From the human T2T-CHM13v2.0 reference genome, Homo sapiens: DNA of 64,000 bases. Position 1 is the stretch's first letter. Each line of letters begins with the position of its first letter. Location: NCBI RefSeq assembly GCF_009914755.1, contig NC_060928.1; one strand, written 5' to 3'. Positions 1-14,300 of this stretch are shown here, in pieces. The position numbers and the translations under genes are program-made. A model generated the notes under the pieces. The model worked only from the letters and a program-made list of their open reading frames with translations, did not search any database and was not told where the DNA came from.

Positions 1-1347
1 TTTTATATCTGTGGTTGAAGAGCAGTGAAATACAATACCAAATACCACATTAAAACAAAACCATAACGACCAGTGTTTGGTTCCTAGAAGAAAGTAGTGC
101 TGTTAACAGTCAGAAATGATAAATAATGCAAAGAAAAAGCCTTGAGATTCTCACCCTTCTAGTCATAGGCACAGATCTGAAGCAGTAAAATGGGCCCCCT
201 GGATGGCCCAGTGAAGCTGTGGGATAATGAGACTGGCTTGTTGCCACAGCTGTGGGTTACCCCAGTCCCCAAACCCACAAGTCATCCCACAGCTACTATC
301 CCTGCCTTGAGACAAACTTCAATTTCAGAAGGGCACAGAATCAAACAGAAAGCAATTCGTGTGACAGAACCTTGAAAAGAAACCAATAGCCAGGATCTAG
401 ACTTTTTTGCAGAAAGCCAGGATTTCCTTATTTGCAGAGAGAAATAACAAGAACAATTAAAAGTTTCAAATCATGTACAATTACTTTCAAGTTGGGGTTG
501 GTGAAACATAAATAAATTTCATATCAGAGCTTTAGCCCAAGTCCGGTGCTGTTTGTTTGTTTTAGGGAACACTGCTTTCATCTTTGTGGAGGATGTCATA
601 AAAGCACATTTCAAAAAATTACCATTGGCACCCAGTTTCCTATTTGATTACATTTTGGCACATAGCCCTGCCAGTCATATAGAGCCCCTATCTCAGTCCC
701 TCTGATTGAAAGATAATCAGATGTACCACCTACCTTTCACCACCCCCACCCCCTATGCTGGAGCAATCTTCAATTGCGGAAGCCACAAGAAATAACTGAA
801 ATTATTTCAGAAAGTTGGTACTTTCCATTTTAGTTTACTTCAAGCATATTCATCAGGCCCCCTTGGAATAGTGACATTAAGAGCGCTAGGAGTTAGAAGC
901 ACCAGATACCAATTACAAGCTGAGAACTAAATGCCATAATTAACGAGACATATACTTTAATCTAAAATAAGTCAAAAATGTTGCTGGATAAAGCAAAAAG
1001 TAAAATAAAACTCCAAAATTATACTAAATTGGTATACAATGGATAGGTTTCCCACCTATCAAACAAGAAAGGTGGTTATGTCTTTGAGATACTGTAGTCA
1101 AGTGTTTTATAATTAACATTTAACTCTGAATAAAGATCTCACATTAACAAACATACAAGTCAATTGCACACTTGAACCTCAGAGACTGATGCACATCAGT
1201 GGCACCCACCCGACACCAATTTCAAATCAATTCTTAAAAACAAGGTTATGCATCTTTTTCATAATCACCATACTGATACAATGAGTCATGCATATTTTTC
1301 TCATATACAGATTCTTAGTTTCCTTTTTTCTTTGCAGATGAGTTGAT

Positions 1348-1546
1348 GGCTTCCCATCTGGCTAATTCCCCTATTAGCTGGACCAGCAGGACCCCACCTG
1401 GTCCTCAACCTAATGTGTTTTACCTCTCTGCCAGATTTTGAATACTACATAGAATACAGGACCACACAAGGGTTATGCCTGGGAGCAGAGTGAACCGGAA
1501 GGGGCTGTGGGAGGCAGGTTCTGTAGTAAAAAGAGGGTGACATGTA
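1348..1546. repeat. Local templated duplication: 1348-1442 is a direct copy of 2822-2916, and 1439-1546 is the reverse complement of 2960-3067
   Basis: Manual alignment gives 8 mismatches in 95 bp (direct part) and 7 in 108 bp (inverted part). The parts share TGAA at the junction. Confidence 0.93.
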
Positions 1547-2458
1547 GAAAAATACATGCTGTTTGGTGCTTTTCCTGGATATCTATTAATTTCAATAAAT
1601 TTCTTTTTGGAAATCAATACTGTTAATATATGCATTGACTTTTCATTGAGGGCAATGCTTATGTCCTCTTTAGCAGACTTCTAGAATACATGTAAACAAC
1701 ATTGCAACACTAATAGACTTGAGGGTTTGTTTTTCTGTCTTAGCAAAGATTGGTGGGTACATTAGGGGAAGATAAAGGGAAAGAGAGAGAGAGAGAAAGA
1801 GAAAGGGAGCAATAAACAGAAAGAGAAAGAAGCAAGAAACATGGAACCATTCTCTGTTAATTTTGAAAGCTTCTACCAGGATCAGGGCAATATGAAAAGA
1901 GGAAAATAGACAGATAGATGAAGGGCATTGTAATCATAAAATGAATGTATCAAGGTTAAAGTATTTTTCTAATCCCAGGCTGCAGGAGGAAAGCTACTGC
2001 TAATGAAGTCCCTCCGTGAAGTTTTATTCACTAGCTTGCTCTTTACAAATGGAAACAGAAGTGCAGCCTGGAGACCAATTACAAATCACTCTTCTGATTC
2101 CTTTAATCTCTTTGTTTCCATTTCTGATCAAAATAAAGATTTTTTTAGACAGAAAAAGGAAAGAACTTATAAGTAGTCTAAATCTTCAGCCAAAAAGAAA
2201 GGACTTGGCTAGAATTTTTTCTCCCCCTCACCTTTTAAGCCATTTACTGACCTCTTCCGCATCTGTTTCGTGATGCTGGAAAGTATTTGCTACCAAGTAA
2301 AGTCAAGGCAGTTGATGTGAACACAGTAATGTTTGCATTTTCCATGTGAATGATGAGGCCACTGCATGATCCAAAACCTAAAAGCAAGATCTTGCTCAAA
2401 TATCAGCTCAACCAAGAACAAAATTGAAGGAAATCATCCACCACAGTTACTGTCTCCA

Positions 2459-2490
2459 GTGATGATGATGATGATGAAGATGATGATGAC
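2459..2490. repeat. (GAT)n simple repeat at the tail end of a MIR
   Basis: gtgatgatgatgatgatgaagatgatgatgac. Confidence 0.8.
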
Positions 2491-2673
2491 AATAACTAAC
2501 ATCTACTCAACAGTTAGATGCCAGGCACATAAGGCACCTTATACTTATTCTTACAGTGGCTCCATGAGGTGAGTACTATACAGCATGTTTCACAGGAGAG
2601 CAAGCTTGGAGGTAACTTGACCAAGGTCATACAGCCAGAACATAGTGGAGCAGACACGTTCAACCTTGGACAA
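2491..2673 (-). mobile_element. MIR SINE
   Basis: tgccaggcac...ccatgaggtgagtacta...gaggtaacttgaccaaggtcatacagc matches the reverse complement of the MIR core. Confidence 0.8.
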
Positions 2674-3179
2674 TGTATTGTAAGCCTTGAAATTTCAAGT
2701 GCTGCCTGAACATCTTTGAGCCTCACTGGGCCCCAAAGGCATAACCATGAAATTTCCCTATTCTTACCACATATGCCTGTCTCCCTGCCTGCCCCCGACC
2801 CCCACATGACCCAGTAGGAGAGGCTTCCCACCTGCCTAGTTCCCCTATTAGCTGGACCAGCAGGTCCCCACCTGGTCCTCAATCTAATGTGTTTTACCTC
2901 CCTGCTAGCTTTTGAAACTACTGAAACAAGCCAATCTCACCCTTCCACAGGAACCAAGGTGCATCTCACCCTCTTGTTACTACAGATCCTGCCTCCCACA
3001 GCCCCTTCTGGTTCACTCTGCTCCCAGACATAACCCTTGTGTGGTCCTGTATTCTATGTAGTGTTCACCTCCCCCAGGCAGCAAGTATATGTGACTAATA
3101 AACAGCTGTTGATTTCATCTGCCTAGTGTTGGCTGTCATGTGTTGGGCCACCTCATTCTATTAGGAGGTGGTCAGAACA
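2674..3179 (+). mobile_element. ERVL-class solo LTR (MER73/MER74/LTR53-like group)
   Basis: TGTATT start and ...AACA end. The motifs aaacaagccaatc, cctgcctcccacagcccc and gtatatgtgactaataaac are typical of this group. Exact family uncertain. Confidence 0.65.
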
Positions 3180-3724
3180 GGCTAGAGACTCTAATCCCTG
3201 AGAATTTAACCACTATATGTACTATCTCTTTGAAGGCAGAAAGAAATAGGGAGGCTCTCTTGCAGCAAACTTGGCCTCTCTTTTTTCAGGTGTTCTCTCT
3301 CCTATACCTTTGCCCTGCTGCCAGGGTGGTGCTGCTTGGAGACAGGGACATTGCCTAAGAGGCAAAGAGACCCATAGGAGAGGCACTGGATGGTGGTCAG
3401 TGCTGATGGGATGAGGGCTGGGCTATTGAAATTGCAGGCCAAGGCTCTGAATCAACTGCATCATGAGGCCAGTGCTGTTTTCAAATAAACGAGGTCACTT
3501 ATTTAAAGAGAGCTGTCACCATACTTGGAGATCCACCACCAGTACACCCTTCCTTGCTCTTATCAGGAGAAAGAAGCCACTAGGATGTAGTGAAATGATT
3601 CTCACAGATGGGCCTTAAGATCTCACTCATGTGGGTGACCTGGGCTTGTGAGCAGTTGAGCTGAATCCTGGATGTGTCCTGGACTTTGTAGCTCTGAGCA
3701 AAACCAAGACCTGGAGAGATGCAT

Positions 3725-3915
3725 TGTGAAAAGAACATGATTTATGCTCAAGTGTCAGCTTAAGCATCCGCTAGCTACGTGAATTTGAGAGCTACTCAAT
3801 GTTTCTGAGCCTCCGTTACTTCATCTGTAAGGTAGATAAGGTAACTTACAAGGCTGCTGTAAAATTAAGTAGGATAATGAGTGTCAATCACCTAGCACAT
3901 AGTGAGGACACAGTA
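3725..3915 (+). mobile_element. MIR SINE
   Basis: ctagctacgtgaattt...tctgagcctccgttacttcatctgtaa...cctagcacatagtgagg. Confidence 0.75.
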
Positions 3916-4765
3916 GGGGGAGGAATCAGGAGGTCTCCTCACCCTCATGTTTTAGCTCCACTGTAGGCTCTATCTAGGGCTGTGTCCCTGGGGGAGTAGA
4001 GACTAGACAGCAAATCGATGTTAATATATGGGAGTGGTCAAAAGTGCTAAGATTCAGATGGATTCAAAGTCTAGAGATGCAAATCCTCTCCCTGTCACAA
4101 GTTTTGCCAAATGTCTATGCCATAACGCCACTTTTTATAAAATGAACTTTTGCGCCTATAGGAGTTTGTTGTTTTGTTTTGTTTCGTGGCGATACATTTT
4201 TTTTGGTGGTTGTAATTTTATTTGTGTTTAGTAGGCTCTACTTGTGTTTATTAGATGGGAGAGGGATTATTTGTTTTCAGTTGAGGGCTGGCAGCATATT
4301 GACGGGTCATTTGCATGTTTTTTCACATGTTGGGTCACATTTTCAATAATGATGTGACTTAGAGAAAATCATACCTTTTTTTGTTCTCAGTTTTCTCAAT
4401 GTTTGTACTTGATGTGGTATAAATTTAATGCCAGCTCTCTACTACTAATATTATTAGAATTCTCTCAACTTTATAGGGAATGCTTCTCTACAGTGTTATG
4501 GTGTGAATTGAGAGTCCAGTCCTGCATTGCTTAATGACAGGCATATATTCTGAAAAATGCATAGCTAGGTGATTTCATCATTGTGCAAACATCATAGTGT
4601 ATATACATAAACCTAGATGGAATAGCCTACTATACACCTAGGCTATATGGTATAGTCTATTGTCCCGGGCTACAAACCTGTACAGAATATATTCGTACTG
4701 ACCACTTCAGGCAATTGTAACACATGGTATTTGTGTATCTAAACATAGAAAAGGTAATGCATTGT

Positions 4766-5457
<692 letters not shown>

Positions 5458-7537
5458 ATTGTGCTGTGATGTTATGACAGCTACGACGTCACTACGTGAT
5501 AGGAATTTTTCAGCTCCATTATAACCTTTATAGGACCACCATCATATATGCAATCTGTTGTTGACCAAAATGTTGTTATGCAACACATGACTGTATTTAA
5601 TTTCTAAATACTGGAGTTTCTGATCATGCCTCAGCTTTTCCCCTTTAGTTACTTGTTGGTTCCCATGGGCAATAGTTCCCCCACTCACTTCCATTCCTCC
5701 TTTTTGTGGGATCTTCAACCTGCCTTAAGTCTGAACTGACAATATATTTATTTAATTTTTCATCTTGCCCAGGTTTTTGATAAAAATTGTCATTCCTGAG
5801 GACAATTGGCTGTTTTCTTTTGAGAGCTGTAGAGATGTACCAAGGGTGTGGAGACTGTCCAAAGTTTCACAGTGGTAGCAGAGACTAGCACAGCCTTTCT
5901 CTCTGCTGCTTTGGAATAATGTAGGTCCTGCCCATGACTCACCCCAGCAGGCTTAGAGGATCCAAGTCTATCTTTCCAAAGCAGGGTCAGACCATTTCCT
6001 CAGAACGGGATGAGCCTCAACAAGAAGGGGATGGTGAGAGGAAGACTGCAGAAACAGTCTCCAAGTAGAAAGCACTGCCTTCTTTCCATGTTTCTCTATT
6101 TTTTTTTTAACCTCACCTGGGGAGTATCAGGATTGATTCCTTTAAACAGGGTGCTCCCGGCAGTTCTGGTCTCTCCCTCATTCTTTCCTCCAGCCACGTC
6201 CTTTCCACACTGCAGCCACTGAACCAGAAGACACACTCAGTTCATGTGTACGAACTGTGTATACGACAATGCGAGAGCATCTCAAAGCACAGGTGATGTA
6301 AAGATCACGTGAGTTATAAGCACAAAGCTTCACGTTATTCAATTAGCTTGGCACAGGTTTAAAGCATTTGGTTCCACTCAGGGAACATTAGACAGTCCCT
6401 TCCTCACTCTCCCTGTTTCTCTCTCCCAATTTTTGTCCCTTCCCCTTCGCAAAGCCCAGCCCTTTTTACTCACTATCCTATCTTTATTCTTGCTAAAATT
6501 TTTAGTCTTTCATCCAAGGCTATGTTTTGCTTCCTGGAAAAAGAAGATTCTGTCTGGTTGACATGTCAGTCCATTTAGCTGCAGAGCAAACCCTCTCTCT
6601 GGGAGACCTCATGGCAACATTTCATGGCCTTCTGAAATACACTCACAGGTCTCTCATTGTTCAAATTTAGAATAGTCTAGTTATTTCTGCTGAGCTCTAT
6701 CTCAGTCTTAGACATCCTAGGTCATCCCAGCTCACTTTTTTTTTCTTATCCTGTGTTTCTCTGAAATGCCTATAGTTTCCACCTTTATCCTGTGCATTAG
6801 CAGATGGCCCTCTATTTCTGTGGTATAAGTTATTAACTGCATTCAATGGCCCCATCCTGCCCTAGCACACTCCAGTAATGTTGTGTATCACACGGTCTTT
6901 ATAGACTTAGACCTCCACATATCCCAGCCTCCTACTAGTGTGGATTCCTTGAGGATTTCTGAGGAAGTAATAGTTAAAAGAGTTTTTACCACAGACTTCA
7001 TCAGTAAGGGGCATCAAAATATCTCGTTCTGACACATAAAATTTAAAAAGTGAGAAAAACATGTTATAATTATATCAGGGAGTGGAATTATACATATAAT
7101 TTTTTATTTTCCTTTTTATTCTTTTTTCCCCTAAATGTCCTCATGCATTACTTTGTAATTAAGAAATATGAAAGAAGAAAAGCACTGTTTATAAATGAAG
7201 ATTAAAATCAGCCCTAGATTATCCATTAATGCCATGAGAGAGAGGCTGGATTTTGGGGGTCATTATTGCTCTCCTGCCATTACATTTCTCATTCACTTAT
7301 TTGTGGTTTCTTTTCTTCACCCATTATCTGTCATTTACTTCACTGTCAGTTGCTAAGTCAGTTAATGTTTGTTGAATGTGCATATGCTTCTCTCCAATTC
7401 CCAGACTCCCCCAGAGTTGAGTTGGGGCAATATGATTGTGAACAGAAATAACATTTGTCACATTCAGACTAAGGTACTTAAAAGCCAGAGTGCTTTTGTA
7501 GTAGTCAGGGTCCTCCAGAGAGATAGAACCAACAGAA

Positions 7538-7569
7538 GATATAGATAGATAGATGATAGATAGATAGAT

Positions 7570-7610
<41 letters not shown>

Positions 7611-7617
7611 GTAGATA
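7538..7617. repeat. Compound (AGAT)n/(GAT) tetranucleotide microsatellite
   Basis: AGAT runs interrupted twice by GAT and once by AGGT. Confidence 0.95.
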
Positions 7618-7996
7618 ATGGAGATAATGACGTAAGTCTTAATCTGAGTCCAAAGGCCTGGGGAGGGTGGAGGTGGGTGGTGCTGGGCTGGTGTAAGTAC
7701 TGCTCTAAATGCCCAAGAGCCAGAATGTCCTGGGGCAGGAGAAGATGACTGTCCCAGCTCAAATAGAGAAAGAGCAAATTCACCTTTCCTCTGACTTCTT
7801 GTTTTATTCAGGTCCTCAGTAGATTACAAAATGCCCACACATACATTGGGGAGGGCCATCTGCTTTACTCAGTTCACCAATTCAAATGTTAATCTCTTCT
7901 GGAAACACTCTCACAGATACACCTGGAAATAATGTTTTACCAGCTATCTAGTCATCGCTTAGACCAGCCAAGTTGACACATAAAATTAAACATCCA

Positions 7997-8308
<312 letters not shown>

Positions 8309-11300
8309 TCATCTTTCTCTCATCTAACAACTTGGAAGCCACTTGTGAAGACAGCAGAATCCTGAAGTGGCAAGAACCTGGATTCCTGAGTCTTTGGGAA
8401 GAGGAGAGTCTCTGACAATAGACATTGGACTTTGTGTGAGTTAGAAAAAAACTTTCACTGCATCAAGCCCTGAGATTTGGGAATTAATTTGTTATTGCAG
8501 CCTAACTTGGCTAATTCAACCTTGACTTTCGCCTAACTTGTTTTAGCCTAACTTGACTAATTCAACCTTGACTTCTGTCTATCTACATACTTCCTGCATC
8601 ACTGCCTTTAGAATATGAAGTGTATCTTGGTAAAAATTTTGTAATGCTAACATCTTCATAAGATATAAAATTCTTCTAACTTTTTCTTCTTTCACATTTC
8701 TCCCACTCTTATATTCAAATTGATTTTGTGGTTTGTTGTTTCTACCAAGTCAGTCAGTCAACCAAAATGCAGATGTTTATTTAGTTGTGCAAATATGTGT
8801 CAGCCTACAAGTAAATACCCTATTCTAAAGTACTGGTTCTAGGTAAAAACATAACAAATATCTTTTAGGTCAATTCCTTCTGCCGACATGAACCCAAGAT
8901 TTTTGTATGTTGTGAAATATCATCCCCTCAGCCCCCCTCAACTGAGAAGTCTCCTAGGTGGAGACTGTGAAATATAGATTCAGCTTCAATATGTACTACT
9001 ACAAGAAATGTACATGTGTGTTAGGCAGATAATGATAGCAGATGACATGATTTTGCAGTCATGCCTATTCTCTGTCTGCTCCTGTCCATCCTGTTCCATA
9101 TACCTACATTCCACTAAAATTCCCTTGAGCTAATTGAAATGGCATAAAATTTCTGTTGGTAGTTAGTTCCTGATGCTGCATAGTTTCCCTGCTCACATTT
9201 TCTTTATCCACATGTTTCATATGCATGGATGTCTGTGTGTGTGTATACACACTCAAGCTCACATATGCAGAATAAATTTCATGGTAAGTTCTTTTGTCAC
9301 AAGAGAATAAATTAAATCAACATTGATCTTGCTAAATTGATACCTGATCTTGCTAAGTTATTTACTGCAATGTATTTATGTGCCATTGCCAGATAAAGCC
9401 TATCACCTTGGAACATAACATCAGTACTCGCCTTCTGAATTTATTTTATTGTTTTCCTTGCCTTTAAGCAGCCATAATAAGTCATACCACACAATTCAAT
9501 ACTTACCACTGGAAGAGAGCAGAGCAATATCACAGAATAGGACTCTCCATCAATCATCCCCAACAGAAACACCAATTTGAACAGCTATGTGTGCACAAAC
9601 ATACCTTAGCAAGAGCTAAGAAAACCAGGTGAAAGATAATAGTACTTAATTATGGGATAATGTTAAAAGACTCATTAAACATTAAAGAGAGTAGGGTGGA
9701 TAGTTTTACATTACCCATCTCACCCTTCCCTCAATCCTGAGCAGCACACTGAGGAGAGAGGTACTATTCACTTAGGGGAAAGTGAGGGAACTGAGTGTAG
9801 AACTTTGCCTTGGTCTCCAACACTGGGCCTACCACAGTAAAATCCAGCACAGGCAGACTCCCATGGCCCCTGAATCCAGTGAATCCAGGCTAGTACCCAT
9901 GGACTGAGCTTCCCTGTGTTAACAGGGAACCCATGACCTCTGCAAAACTGACTCAATTTCTGGCCTGAATCACTGCCAGTCAGCTATAGCAGCCATGAGT
10001 TTCAGACAAAGCAGAGCAGTGAGCCGGCCTCAGTGGCAGGGTCTTCAAGCACACCGACTGCTGCACCAGCCTCAGTGGCCACGGAATTCCAGCCCAGTAC
10101 TGTGCCAACCATGAAGGTCCTGGGCTTAGTGTGCCCCCTAGTGCTGAAACAGCTGCAGTGGTCACAGGCATAGGGACCAGGCACTACCTGCCTAGTATCT
10201 CTGGACAAACTTATTGTTTAAGGGCATTCCTAGACAAAGCCAGACTAAAAAGACTGGAATATACACCCACTTCTTTAATGCACAGACATTGACACACAGC
10301 CCCAAGAATCAGGAACAATCAGAGAAACCTGATGTCACTAAACGGACAAAATAAAGTACCAATGACCAACCCTAAAGAGACAGAGATGTATGAACTACCT
10401 AAAAAAGAATTCAAAGTAGCTTTTTAAGGGAGCACAGCAAACTTCAAGATAATAAATAGAAATATTTCAATGAAATGAGGAAAAGAATAAAAGGCAAGAA
10501 TAAGAAATATAACAATGAGTTTAAAATAATAATTAAAAAAATCAATCTTGAAGATGAAAAATGTAATAAACAAATGAAAAATGCAATAGAAAGCATCAAC
10601 AACAGAACTGATCAAGTAGAAAAAAGAATTTGTGAACTGAAAGCTATTTGAAACTATACAGTCAGGGAGAAAAAAGAGAAAAGAATGAAATGGAATAAAG
10701 AAAGCTTATAGGATTAATAGGACAACATAAAAAAAAGCAAATATTAGAGTCATTTGAGCTCAAGAGGAAGTGGAGAAAGACAAAGGGGTAGAAATCTTAT
10801 TTAAAGAAAGAGCAGAAAACTTTCTAAACCTGAAGAAAGAAAGAAATATCTAGATGTAGGAAGTTCGAGGGCCACCAAACAATTTCCATCCAAATAACAC
10901 TGCCCCAAAACATACTATAATAAAATTATCAAATATCAAAGACATAATCCTGAAGACAGCAAGAGAAGAGAAGCAACCAATATATGAGGGAGTTCTAATA
11001 CACCCAGTAGCAGATTTCTCTGCAAAAATCCAATGGGCCAAAAGGAATGGGATGATATAGTCAAAGTGTTAAAGGAAAATAACTGCCAAGCAAGAATGCT
11101 GTACCCAGCAAAGCTGTCTTTTAGGAATGAAGGACAGATAAAGATTTTCACACACCAAAAAAAAGCTGAGGGAGTTCATCGCCACCAGACCTGTCTCACA
11201 AGAAATGCTAAAGGAAGTTCTTCAATCTGAGAGAAAAGAACACTAATGAGCAACATTAAAATATGTGGAAGCATAAAACTCACTAATAAAAGCATGGTCT

Positions 11301-14300
11301 AATTTATAATACTCTAGTATTGTAATAGGAATGTGTAAATCAATTATATCTTCAGTATAAAGGTTAAAAGACAAAACTATTAAAAATATTAATTACTAAA
11401 ATAATTTGTTAAGGAATGTACAATATTGAAAGATGTAAATTGTAACATGACATCCAAAATGTATGGGGGAGAGTGAAGTTTTAATAATAATAATAAACAA
11501 AGTTGTCATTATCAGCTTGAATAAACAAAGTTGTTGTTATCAGCTTGAAATAACCTGTTATAACTGTAAGAATTTTTTTGTAAGCCTCATGGTAACCATA
11601 AAACAAAAACCTATAATAGATACACACAAAAAAGTAAGAAATAAAAAATATACTACTAAAGAAAATCACTTAATCACAAACAAAGATAGTAAGAGGGGAA
11701 GAAAAAAAAGATCTATCAAACAATTGAAAAACAGTTAACAAAATGCCAATAGTAAATCCTTACCTACCAATAATTACCTTGAATGTAAATGAATTAAATT
11801 ATTCAATCAAAAAACAGAGTGACTGAATGGATTTAAAAACAACACCTAACTATATGCTGTCTACAATAGATTCGCTTCACCTAAAAGGACCCATATACAC
11901 TGAAAATGAAGAAATGGAAAAACATATTCCATGCAAATGAATACCAAAGCGAGACCAGGAGTGGCTATACTTATATCAGGTAAAATGACTTTATGTCCAA
12001 AACTGTGGAAAGAAACAAAGAAGGTAATTATATAATTATAAAGAGGTTAATTAAGCAAGAGGATATAAGAATTATATATGTACCCCAAATCTGAGCACCT
12101 AAATATATAAGGCAAATATTAATCAATCTGCAGGGAGAGATAGATTGCAATACAATGATAGTAGGAGACTTCAATACCCCACTTTCAGCAATGGATGTAT
12201 CATCCAGACAAAATCAACAGGGACACATCAGACTTAAACCATACTCTAACCAAATAGACCTAACAGACATATTAGGACACAGAACATTCCACCCAGCAGC
12301 TATGGAATACACATTATTCCCAATTACACATGGACCACTCCCCCAGAATAAATCATATGTTAGGTCACAAAACAAATCCTAACAATTTAAGATTGAAATC
12401 GTGTCAAATGTCTTTTATTCTGACACAATGGTATAAAACTAGCAATCAGTAACAGAAGAAAATTTGGAAAATTCACAAATATATAAAAATTAAACAATGT
12501 GCTCCTGAATAACAAAGGATCAATTAAAAAATTTAAAGGGAAATTAAAAATTTTCTTGAGACAAATGAAAATGGAAACACATTATACCAAAACCTATGGG
12601 ATACAGCAAAAACAGTACAAGGAGGGAAGCTTATAGCAATAAACACCTACTTTTAAAAAAAAATACCAGACAACCTTACATTCCACCTTAAAGAAATAGA
12701 AAAATAAGAACACACTAAACTCAAAATTAGTAGAATAAAATAAATAATAAAGACCAGAGCAAAAATAAATGAAATAGAGCCTAGAAAATCAATAGAAAAG
12801 ATCAACAAAATGAAGAGTCTGTTTTTTGAGAAGATAAACAGAATTGACAAATCTTTAGCTAGACTAAGAAAAAAGGAAAGAAAATTCAAGTAAATAAAGT
12901 CAGAGATGAAAAAGGAAACACTAAAACTGATCACAAAATATAAAGCATCATAAGAGACTATTATAAACAATTATATGCCAACGAATTGAGTAACTTAGAA
13001 GAAATGAATACATTCTTGGACACATGCAACCTATCAAGATAGAGTTATGAAGAGATAGAAAATCTGAACAGATGAATAATAAGTAAGAAAATTGAATCTG
13101 TAATAAAAAGTCTGTCATCAAAGAAAAGCCCAGGACCTGATGGTTTCACTGTAGAATTATACCCAATAGTTAAAGAAGAAATAATACCAATTCTTCTCAA
13201 ACTATTCCAGAAAATTAAAGAGGAGAGAATTCTTCCAAATTTATTCTATAAGGCCAGCATTATCTTAACACTAAAACCAGACAAAGATATAATAAAAAAA
13301 AGAAAACTAAAGGCCAATATCCTTGAGGGACATAGATGCAAAAATCCTCCACAAAATACTAGCAAACCAAATTCCACAGCACATTAAAAAGATCATTCAC
13401 CATGATCAAGTTAGGAGTCATTCCAAGAATGCAAGGATCGTTCGACATATGCAAATGAATAAACATGATACATCACATTAGCAGAACAAAGAACAAAAGC
13501 CACTGAACATTCAATAGATGCACAAGAAGCATTTGGGAAAATTAATCATCTCTTTATGGTTTAAAAAAGGCTCTCAAAAATTAGGTATAGAAGGAATGTA
13601 CCTTAACACCATAAATATATGATATCATATTATTATCATATATGGTAAACCCACAGGTAATATCATACTGAATGGGGAAAAGATGAAAGCTTTTCCTCTA
13701 ACATCTGGAACAAGACAAGATGTCCACTTTTGACACTACTATTCAATATAGTACTGGAAGTCCTAGTCCAAGCAATTAGGCAAGTGATAATAAATAAATA
13801 AATAAAAGGCATCTAAATTGGAAAGGAGGAAGTCAAATTGTCTGTGTTTTCAGATGACACTATCTTACAGTTAGAAACCATAAAAACTCCACCAAAATAG
13901 CTATTGGAGCTAATAAATTCAGAAAAGTTGCAGGATACAAAATCAACATATAAAATCAGTGTGTTTCTATATACTGAGTAAACTATCAAAAAAGAAACCA
14001 AGACAGCAATCCCATATGCAATACCTACAAACAATACTTAGGATTAAATTTAACCAAATAGGTTAAAGACCTTTACATTGAAAACTATAAAACACTAATG
14101 AAATAAATTGAAGAAAACAAAAATAAGTTGAAAGATATTTGTGTTCATGGATTGGAAGAATTAATATTGTTAAAATGTCTATACTACCCAAAGTAATCTA
14201 CAGACCCAATGAAATCCCTATACCAATGATATTCTTCACAGAAATAGAAGAAAAATCTTAAAATTCATATGGACCCATACAAGACCCCAAATAGCCAAAA

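Noticed and set aside
13610-13645. AT-rich quasi-palindrome inside L1MA ORF2
   Set aside because: Low-complexity and short; probably a local repair or slippage scar with no sign of function.
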